A DNA stretch of 64,000 bases from Eledone cirrhosa (lineage: Eukaryota), in NCBI GenBank assembly GCA_964016885.1, contig OZ024743.1, forward strand, positions 97,712,001 through 97,776,000, written 5' to 3'. Numbering within the stretch: the stretch's first letter is position 1; every line of letters begins with the position of its first letter. Position numbers and translations under genes: made by a program. Of the stretch, positions 53,021 to 64,000 are shown piece after piece. The notes under the pieces were generated by a model, which was not told the origin of the DNA, made no database searches, and was given only the letters and a program-made list of their open reading frames with translations.

Positions 53021-54112
53021 ATTTTAAGTGTATAACATTTTTTCTGATATGCCTATTAATATCAATGATTTAGTGAGCCAAAGCGGATACAATATGCACA
53101 ATATATATAATGAAATATGACAACAATGATCCGTTTCATACAAATAGAACACAAAATATGTAGAATTTTAAACATTTAAGGTTTTTCGAACACTGCAAAT
53201 CATGTATTCCTAGAGATAATCTACTCCTTCTAAGGTAAGGAAATATTGTGTGAGTTAAACAAGAACGTTTTATGAATGATGGAAGAAAAATCATACGAGG
53301 ACTTATCCCATATGATAATAGTTAGCTTAATACGAGTTGGGGAAAGGCTTTTCTTTCGTTAGATATAACAGCCAATTTCCTTCAAATCGCACCCTAACGT
53401 TAAGAAATGATAATATTTTAAATATACCACCTGATTTCTCCATATTTCTGCTCTATCAGGGCTGTCTTATGACAAAATTGTTATTCTAATTGAGATATAT
53501 TTGTAGTCAATGTAATATAATGCTTCTTCCGATGGTAATAACTAGATACAATATCTTTTTACAAGCGATAAATAAATTATCGTTAAAGTACCGTGAAATA
53601 CATGATACGATGTTTCAGAGTTTCAGTTGTTTTTCAAGTTACGTCTTATTTGATATCCTTGCGTCTCTGTCGATGTAGATTCTAGTTTATTACCACTCTA
53701 GGTTCAAAGCTGTTTCTACCTAACTATTCCTTAAGGAATTAAAAATCCATATTCTTCAACGTAGGTTTCAAACAAATATCTAAGATTCCTTCTTATCCCC
53801 TTCGAATACATTGTCTATTTTACAACACTAGATAAACGTATAAAAATACAATATGAAACTATTTAGACCTCTGCTTCCTTCCATCTCGTAATTTCACAAT
53901 ATGAAAACATCAATAACTGTTGATTTTACAATTCTATTTAATGTATCCACTTTCATTCGACTATTGCTTTCAGAAATTTGATGACATTGTAATTTCAAAT
54001 GGCTAATGTTTTGCTGTGTAATCATGTTCACACACACACACACACACTAACACACACACACACACACACACACAGACTCTCTCTCTCTCTCTCTCTCTCT
54101 TCCTTGCTCTGA

Positions 54113-54165
<53 letters not shown>

Positions 54166-55294
54166 TTGCTCTGACTTTCTCTCTCTCTCTCTTCCTTGCT
54201 GTCTTTCTCTCTCTCTCTCTCCTCCCACTCTTCTCTCTTTTCAGTCTATCAAGCAGCTGTCAATTCTATTCGAATCGAACTCACATCACAACTTTCAATA
54301 TAATGTCTTTCTTCACTGTTAGTTTACTTCAACTATTTTACAATATATTGTTTCCATTATTGAATTTGCATCATTTACTCTAATATAATGTAGATGTTTC
54401 TCACTACAGATAGTGTATTTAGATATTGCCAACACACCTATATATTCTGTGCATATGAGTTTATAGCCACTTGCGTGTTTATGTGTGTGTTAATATGTGT
54501 ATATGTGTATATGTATATATGTGTATATGTGTATATGTGTATGTGTGTATGTGTGTGTCTATATTTGTGTATGTGTATCATTTAGAATCTAGTGCTGACG
54601 TCATTTTAGTATTCCTTTTAGAATAGGAAGACTACTGATTTGCGGTAGTAAATCATTTAACGCTAACAGAACGTTCTACGTTTGCCTACAGTTGTTAATC
54701 CCTTCTTTTATTTCTCTACTGTAAATTACTGTGAATCACTGAATCCTTCTTCCAAAATCAAATCAGATTTGCGATTCTGATGCCCAGCTAAGTATACCGT
54801 GAGATACAAAATTTGTACTCACGAGATGTTTAAATATATTGATTTATGTCTAAAACCATTTGGCAAGACTATGTATATAAATTCCTTTCATCCAAGTGAT
54901 AGTTCTTCCTATTTGTTTAGTTGTTTAGAGATATGCATATGCCAATGGTGAAACCTAGACGAGGTTGTTTAACTACTAAACATAGCAACCACATCTCTTC
55001 AATTCATATATAATAAAAACAGATGGTCTTTTCTGAAACACATTTGATCATAGGTATTTTCGATTAGCTTGGAACTGAGCAAAATAATAGCGGGTGATAT
55101 TAATCAGTTTTATAACTCTCATAAGCATATTAAATCTTACTGAGATGGAGAAGAGAGAAGTTATCAAGCTGCAGCTGTCATATTATGTAGTTTCTATATA
55201 ATAAAGACAAAGCTATGATTATCTGCAGTGACTACGACCCTATTTCATAATAATCCGTGCTCCTCCCGTTTCCCACGACATTAGACTAACCTAA

Positions 55295-55685
55295 CGGACT
55301 ACCCAGCTGTGATGTCGTGCAGCGGGACCTCTAGTTCTCACAACACACCACGGACTACCCAGCTGTGATGTCGTGCAGCGAGACCTCTAGTTCTCACAAC
55401 ACACCACGGATTACCCAGCTGGGATGTCGTGCAGCGAGACCTCTAGTTCTCACAACACACCACGGACTACCCAGCTGTGATGTCGTGCAGCGAGACCTCT
55501 AGTTCTCACAACACACACGAACTACCCAGCTGTGATGTCGTGCAGCGGGACCTCTATTTCTCACAACACACCACGGACTACCCAACTGTGATGTCGTGCA
55601 GCGGGACCTCTAGTGCTCACAAGACACCATGGAATACCCAGCTGTGATGTCGTGCAGCGGGACCTCTAGTTCTCACAACACACCA
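55295..55685. repeat. 56-bp GC-rich minisatellite, 7 copies
   Basis: Unit CGGACTACCCAGCTGTGATGTCGTGCAGCG(G/A)GACCTCTAGTTCTCACAACACACCA. Confidence 0.95.
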
Positions 55686-55810
55686 TAAACACCAACAACA
55701 GTAATAATCAAGAAAATACCCAAGTCATTAAAGAAATAAGTGAAATAAATCCAAGATGAAAAATACAAATATCATATCAGAAGGCGACAGAAAAGTTATA
55801 AACCTAAATA

Positions 55811-55977
55811 TCGACCCCATAAGGATGAAGGCAAAGTTAAGCTCGGCGGGATAATGTCTGAGTTCACATCCCGCCGATGCTAACTTTGCCTTTCATCCTT
55901 ACGGGTTCGATAAAATAAAGTACCAGTAATACACTGGGATATTTGCTTGCCTTGTGCCAAAAGTAGAAACAATTATT
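55811..55977 (+). mobile_element. 5'-truncated SINE with an inverted 5' segment
   Basis: 55811-55851 is the approximate reverse complement of 55868-55910. Confidence 0.75.
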
Positions 55978-56289
55978 TACATGTAAATATATATAATATA
56001 TATAAATGAATGCAAAATATAATTAAGATTAAATGATACATACACAACAGCTACATGTACAAATAAGATCAACCACAAATCAAAGATTTTCTAAATTGAT
56101 TAACGAAATCCTGACTTGCCTATCCTGACAGTCCATAATAATGCGAGCATCCTTCAAGGCCAACATGGAAAAGACAGAATTATTAGTTATGCTACTTTGG
56201 TCAAGCATCGGTCGAATTAATAGATAAACAAAAGCCTTTAAAATGTATTACCTCTAAACAAAGCTAAATTTCCCTCAAGTAGGTCAAAT

Positions 56290-56456
56290 CAGTAGCAAAT
56301 TTATATATAACGAATACCATTATAACGAATTTTTCAGTATAACGAAATATTTTTCAATTCCCTAGGTAATAACAAACAAACATTCGATTTATTTTGGTTG
56401 ATTTCTTTACGAAGATTTTGTTAATACCCCATGAATTTCGTTATAACGGAATTCCC

Positions 56457-56459
<3 letters not shown>
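56290..56459. mobile_element. Tigger-like MITE remnant
   Basis: Repeated TATAACGAA subterminal motifs. Ends TTCGTTATAACGGAATTCCCCTG|TA. Confidence 0.55.
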
Positions 56460-56518
<59 letters not shown>

Positions 56519-56684
56519 TTATCAAAATAACAGATTAAAGTTTAAGAAAAGAATCGCGGCAACGATTCTTTGCTTAAACTGTAATCTGTTATTTTAATAA
56601 ATATTTGCTCTAGAGTTATATATTTGATATATATTTATCCTCATCGAGCCCTCTTTGTATTTTAATCTTCGCATTTATTATTAT

Positions 56685-56739
<55 letters not shown>

Positions 56740-56751
56740 CATACATATATA

Positions 56752-57328
56752 TTAGAAAGAGAGGTTTTTTTACAAAATGGAAAAAATCGAGGTGTCCTAC
56801 ACGAGTGAAAGTATAAGGAAAAAAGATGAAATCGAAAATGCAACTGGAGTCTTTCTTTATAAAAATATATATTTATTTGGTTCCTTTACCGGTTTCGCAG
56901 TTCTTCTGCTTTTCAAAAGTAGAATTGAGATGGAGGGTTTGTGGTTTTTCTCACATCTGGTAGGTGTTTGAATGTTACTTCTGTTTTATATGGAAAAATG
57001 TGGCTCGAAATACTAGGTTTTTAGAGAAGTAATTTGGTTGGTTGGTGAATAAGTATAATAAATTTCGCGCCAGTTCGCGTTACAAAGTTCTTATTATATT
57101 TACCTTCAAAAAAAGGGGGGCTCAGGTTGTTTTTTCATATATGGTTGATGCAGTCAATAAGCACATCAGCTTTCGCGCCAGTTTGTGTTTGAATTTCTTC
57201 TTACTTAAAAAAAGGTGGCTCACGAAGGATTTTTTTTATAAATGTAATTTGATTGGTTATAAATGAAATTACGACTGAACAAGTACATTAAATTTCGCGC
57301 CTGTATTTGGGAATTTGTTTTGTAGCCT
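56752..57328 (-). repeat. second copy of the 29625-30163 dispersed repeat
   Basis: Colinear reverse-complement similarity, flanked by (TA)n on both sides. Confidence 0.7.
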
Positions 57329-57341
57329 TATATATATATAC

Positions 57342-57375
<34 letters not shown>

Positions 57376-57412
57376 GCACCTTGTTAGCGAGTGACAGCTG
57401 AAGATAATATAC

Positions 57413-57445
<33 letters not shown>

Positions 57446-58689
57446 AATACACATGTATATTACCTTCAGCTCTCACTCCCTAATAGGTGCATTGGTTTCA
57501 CAATACAGCCGGTACACTCTGTAGAATGTGGGAACGTCAGATGTGTCATACCCCCCCCCCCCCCTGACACATGTGACTAATGTAAAACATTAACTACGAA
57601 TGTGATTGGTAAGAATATTCACATTATTACGCCTATTTCTGTGATTCTATTATAAATGATAGACTATATAAACTCTTTAGTTAGAATTTCGTTATGGTTA
57701 TTTAGGTTATATACCTTTCTGATGAGAATACCAAAAGAATCGAAAATCTATTCCAGATATTTATCATTAGATTTCAATTCATACGGTTATATGTATATTT
57801 CACTTGTTTACAATTCTCCACACTTAATACGTCAATAATTATGACCATTTACTCAATCTCGGTTATGCTTATAATATGTAAATTTATAGTACATTTCGGT
57901 TGCATGGCGCACAATTAAATACATATTACAATTAACTACCAACCTGAGCGGTAATATTATGCAAATTAATACGTTCATTTCAGTTATAATAGTATAAGTG
58001 ATAAGGTATGTAAGCCCATCAGTTTTGTATTTCCTTGTGGTTGTTAAGATACACATCTACACCTTCCTACCTGAGAAATCGTATCTCTGTTCTTTGTTCC
58101 TACTTGATGTACACTGCTAGCGGAGCGGACATATTTACACTGTAACAGCAGCAAGAAAACAGGCGTGAACAAGCTCAAACTCCGATCACGTGACCATAAT
58201 AGTACCAACTGTGAGGACGCATGAGCAGAAGGCAATGTAACAAACCTAAAGATATGTTATGGTGAAAGTGAGGATAATTTTGGACTTACCCTCATATAAA
58301 CACTCGCTTACTCTGTTTTTATGAAGTGCCCCACGAAATCCTCAACTGTAAGTTACTATTATCCAGCTTTTTTCCCTAAATGCGTAATAAAATCCAGTCA
58401 ACTAAAGTCCACTTGTCTTAATTTTTATGTTGTCTCTTTCAATGACATGTATTATTTACTCTTAAACCAGGCTTTCAATCACGCATCGTTTGCCCTGTCA
58501 TGTATCCAACCATTTGCTTGTCAGTTTACATAGGAATGCCCTTTCCTTGTCAGAAGTAGATGAGGCATTGCTTTCACTTTTCATTGCCTAGTAACTAGAA
58601 TTATTTTATGCAGTGAATCATAACTGATAAGTGAATGAATAACTTTGAAATGCACCGGCGGAAATATCATGGCTTCATTATGTATGTCC

Positions 58690-58822
58690 ATTCTGAGTTC
58701 AAATCCCGCCGAGGTCAACTGAGTTCAAATCCCGCCTTTCATCCTTATGCGTCGATGAAATAAAGTACCAGTAATGTACTGGGTAATTGCTGGCTTTGTG
58801 CCAAAAGTAGAAACAATTATTT
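58690..58822 (+). mobile_element. 5'-truncated SINE with duplicated B-box segment
   Basis: CTGAGTTCAAATCCCGCC occurs twice, followed by the family 3' tail. Confidence 0.75.
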
Positions 58823-60120
58823 ATGTATTCTAAATATCGGTATCACCATACATATTGACTCTTCAGATTATTGTATGCTTCAGTATACTAGTTACTGTTT
58901 TTGTCTCGTTAGTTAGTCAATCATTTGAAAAGAAAACTAAAAAATGCGATCTTTAACACTTCCTTTCTGTGTAACATGCAATATTTAAGGACTTATACTT
59001 TAAATAAATACTTTAAATAAATACTATAATACAATTTCTCTATTATCACACTCCGATAGATGAAAATCACAAAATAGATTTCTTGTCATGTCAAAATATT
59101 CGGTGCAGAAAATCAATGTATTGTTCTTAAACGATGATAGGTAGCTAAAAACATTTATACTTTACTTTAAAATTTGACTAAGGTATCATATGTATTTCTA
59201 TGAGTTTACCCTAAAGTTTTGCAATAATTTAAGTAACATTTTGACCACGTAATTCAAATTGAGAGAAAACAAAAAAGAATGTTTCCTTCATTTCTAAATC
59301 ACCTGATTGAATCCTGTAGGAATTGTTGTTTTCTTTCATTTAGCATTGACTCTGCTCACATTCATAAATACATTACTGAAGATTTCTCTTGCATTGAAAA
59401 TGAGTACACTAACTAGTTTCTTTTGCTTACTCTAAACCAGTAGTTGAGTTGTATCATATGCTAATAAATTATTCGGCAATTATAGGCTTACAAATTTACT
59501 TATAGTTACGATCTTGTCTTTACTATAGCGTTATTGTAAACAATATTTATATTAAGTTTATATGAAACGTCAAATTTAATGGGAGATTAAAGTTACATGT
59601 AAATGCTGATTTCATTAAAATTTCCCCATCATTATATTTTGTTAGAATTGTTACATAAATAAAGTAGCATATAAGAAATGTGCATGGTTAGGAAACTGTA
59701 GACGCCAGACAACATATATTGCTCTATATATGACAATAAAGAATTCTATTAAACATTGATTAGGATAGTAATGATAGACGAAGTGGTGTATACCAACAGA
59801 CATGCAGTCTAGCATGAGATATACAACATATCTAGTTTAAGTAGACAAAACAAAATATACCCTTTGTAACAAAGATATTCTGTTATAAAATATAACAATT
59901 GACATTAATGAAATTTATGATAACCAATAAAAATATAAGTCTAGTTAGGAAAAAAAGGTATGTACTGGATCACCTACGGTTCCGGTGAGGAGTTCCAGTT
60001 AGTCGAATAATGGAACAGTTCGACAAATTATGAGGTAATTGGCTGTACATTCCACAACCAGGTACACCTTGAATGTAATTTTTAGTATATGACAAAGATG
60101 ATCAATGAAATTACAGGTAC

Positions 60121-60925
60121 AATTAATTTTCCAGTTAAAGTGAACTGAAACAATATGAAACCATGTTCTTGCTCCAGGATGCAACGCGTTGCAGGGAATC
60201 GAACTCATGACCTAGCGATCATGATCTGAACACCCTAACACTTAAACCACGCAAAAGTAGAAATGACAAGTCCTCAAATTGGATAAGTATATGCTTACAT
60301 ATAGAAGTATATATGAAATTAATGCCTTGTATTGTAAAAACAAGGTCAGTAATTTAGTGGGAGAAAAAAGTTGATTAAATCGGCCCAACATTTGCCTGGT
60401 TCTTTATTTCACTGATTCCACCGAAAGGAGATGTCTTTGGTGAGACTTGAACTCAAAATATAAAACGAAGAGCTTTTTTTTACATATATAATTCAGCAGT
60501 TAGCATTATTACATATAAAGGTTGGATTGGTAGAATGGTTAGAATGCCGGGCATAATTTATCACCGTAGTTATGTCTTCGTTTTATATTTTGAGTTCAAG
60601 TCTCACCAAAGACATCTCCTTTCGGTGGAATCAGTGAAATAAAGAACCAGGCAAGTGTTGGGCCGATTTAATCGACTTTTTTCTCCCACTAAATTACTGA
60701 CCTTGTTTTTACAATACAAGGCATTAATTTCATATATACTTCTATATGTAAGCATATACTTATCCAATTTGAGGACTTGTCATTTCTACTTTTGCGTGGT
60801 TTAAGTGTTAGGGTGTTCAGATCATGATCGCTAGGTTATGAGTTCGATTCCCTGCAACACGTTGCATCCTGGAGCAAGAACATGGTTTCATATTGTTTCA
60901 GTTCACTTTAGCTGGAAAATTAATT
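60121..60925. repeat. long inverted repeat: ~350-bp arms (60121-60470 / 60575-60925), ~104-bp spacer
   Basis: Arms are reverse complements with about five mismatches seen by eye. Confidence 0.95.
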
Positions 60926-60926
60926 C

Positions 60927-61430
<504 letters not shown>

Positions 61431-63198
61431 TGTGATTGTATTTCAGTGGGTTTTTTTCTGCATGTGTAATCCATCCTCTAGCATTATTATTTCATATCAG
61501 ATCGCTTCAATTCTGAAGATAATTGGAATTTATTTATCGAGAGTGAATGGAAAGTGATCTTCTGAGATAATTATGACAAATACAATTTTCTTATACTTCA
61601 AAATGCTCGAGAGCTAAACGTTACATCAGTCACGTTAAGTACCCAAATTCTAGCACGCTGAAAACTAACCAAGCAACTTTTATTATTGTTTATTTCTATT
61701 GTTTAAAGTTTGTATTCCCACCTTCTTCTAAATACATGAAAGACAATCAGAAAACTAGCAAGCAATTAATTTTAGCGCGGTTCTAAGTACATCGAATATG
61801 GTTGCCTAGTATCATTACTTCTTTGATTAGAAAATGTTCACAAACAACTAAAAAGAGAAAACATTTGCTTTCTACACTATTTAGTTAATTTTCTGAAGCA
61901 ATTTAGAAATCGAGGTATCCTGGATATTCTTTTATAATTTTCTGGTATATTGCATATTATGCTCATCACATTTTCATGTGATAGTTATTATTTTGTTTGT
62001 GTTTATTCCATATATACTAAAAATTCTGTTGACATCATATTCAATAAAGTTGTCATTTCACAAACGTTTAAATATAAATTGAAAGTGAAAAATAAAAACC
62101 AATTACAAGTTATTCTTGGTTGAAACTCCAAATTCAAAATTCATATATTTACTATAATTTCAACTAATTAAAGCTATTAAAAATGCAATTGAAACAAATA
62201 TAGTATACTGGACGTAAGGTTTATATTTTCAGATATCTCTGCTTCTTGAAAACCTGATTAAAAGATAAATTTTCTCTGACATTTGACATATTACAATGGA
62301 AATTTATTTCATTATTATATTCTAAAAATAACGTTTATTTTTATAGCGTAATTTTTGTGTTTAATAGAAAAATAAAATAATTATTCCTCAATTTCATTTT
62401 CTGGTGTCCAACCTATCACTTGATACGTAGGATACGTAGCAGTCATGAGAAGTAATATTCATTATTGAAAGTTTTTACAGCTATCATCAAATTTCAAAAC
62501 AACGTTCATGACGTGAAAGTTTTATTGTGAAAATATTTATTAAGTTATTTGTTTAGAAATGGAAATGTTTATTGAGTTAATCTTAAATTCCTAATATCCA
62601 AATAAATTCATATTTAATAATGAAGTTTTTTCTTGAATTTATTGACAAGAGATTTCTCTGAAGTAACATAAGAATGTTAGCAATATGAATTTTAAAATAA
62701 TATCTACAAAGCACATACTACTGTCCAGAGCTCAAACATTTGAACACAGAAATTGTTAAACTGAAGATAAAATTTGCAATTGTTTGAGGATTTGTCTTAA
62801 ATAGTTTGCCCATCGAGAATTACCGCATTGAATTCTGTCTAATAAACATAATGAACATCTTCTGGAATAGTAGACTTTATTTCGTGCTTGGTTTAACACT
62901 AATACTTGATCATTGGATCAGTGCTTCAACTATAAATGTGAAGATAATCTATGAGGCATAATTTATTTCCCTAGATGCCCTGCAAAGGCAATGTGCACGC
63001 TGCCCATCCACTTATAGTTATACAAAAAGCAATATACTGTTATTGTTTAGCGACAGGACAGTCACGGTTGTGAAAAACTCTGATAAAAGTAGTTTGGAAT
63101 GTAAACAGTGCGTTTTCTTTACTATAACTATGAGTATATCATACAAATCTTCCTTCCTCGATAAGATGTGATCTGAGAGAATTTAGCGGACGTCATTA

Positions 63199-63386
63199 GG
63201 GCGGTGAATTGGCAGTATCGGTAGAAGGTCGGACATGCTTTCCAGCATAGTTACGTCCCTTTAAGATCTGAGTTCAAATCCGGCCGAAGTTACCTTTGCC
63301 TTTCATCCTTACGGGGTCGATAAAATAAAGTACCAGTAATGTACTGCGTAATTTCTAGCCTTGTGCCTAAAATAGAAACCGTTATT
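63199..63386 (+). mobile_element. tRNA-derived SINE
   Basis: GGGCGGTGAATTGGCAGTATCGGTAG head, B-box and family tail. Confidence 0.88.
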
Positions 63387-63472
63387 AGTCGGCTGAACGA
63401 CTACATATACACCTTTCGCCCTCCTCGCAGGCTCACCTCGAATACTTCAAGTTGTGTATATTTTATCTACAT

Positions 63473-63663
63473 AATTGTTTCTATTTTAGGCACAAGGCCA
63501 GCAATTACTCAGTACATTACTGGTACTTTATTTTAGCGACCCCGTAAGGATGAAAGGCAAAGTTAACCTCGGCGGGATTTGAACTCAGATCATAAAGGGA
63601 CGTAACTCTATGCTTCAAAGCATGGTATCCGACTCTCTACCGATACTGCTAATCCACCGCCCT
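63473..63663 (-). mobile_element. tRNA-derived SINE with TSD
   Basis: Reverse complement of the family consensus, with TTTATCTACATAAT on both sides. Confidence 0.88.
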
Positions 63664-64000
63664 TATTTATCTACATAATGATATGCAGTAGTTTATCTAC
63701 ATAATGATATGCAGTAGTTTACGATAATATTAAATAAATTTAGATAATCTTCAAATAATATATTTTGGTTTTGTGCTTGGCAAAGAGAGACGTGATATAA
63801 TTAGATATCAAATTTTAGAAATGCTTATATCTATAATCATTGTCTCGATTTCAAATTATTCTTTTTGACAAATAAAAGCAATTTATAATTGAGAGCATTT
63901 CTGTTTTCTAAAGCAACGTTTCATTTTTTGTCCAGAATAGATGGCTCTTGTATTACTGATATCAATACGTGACATATAAATGTCATGTGTTGACATTACT

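Noticed and set aside
57710-57760. CTGATGA..GAAA..TA spacing resembling a hammerhead
   Set aside because: Stem II is only 2 bp and there is no stem I pairing. Likely chance or too decayed to support.

Overview
AT-rich, microsatellite-dense eukaryotic (metazoan) DNA. The repeat repertoire is most like a coleoid cephalopod/Octopus genome, which is an inference. No host protein-coding gene could be supported. The window is a mosaic of decayed mobile elements: a Helitron, three pieces of Penelope-like elements (PLEs) with GIY-YIG coding remnants plus one near-full PLE, a near full-length Tx1/L1 LINE, R4-like and CRE-like RLE-LINE fragments, RTE LINE fragments, seven copies of a bipartite non-autonomous RTE derivative, tRNA-derived SINEs and Tigger-like MITEs. 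The most notable signal is non-coding: at least eight minimal type I hammerhead-ribozyme motifs read by eye. Four lie in a ~460-500 bp head-to-tail array at 30718-33070 that has an internal inversion and a variable (TA)n tract in each unit, which is the architecture of a non-LTR retrozyme (putative circRNA-producing element). It sits directly beside an inverted pair of a different hammerhead motif. Other oddities are U3-A8 hammerhead variants at PLE 3' ends, a 42-bp array with an open minus-strand frame fused in frame to a PLE, and several long inverted repeats. All family calls come from motif recognition, not database searches.
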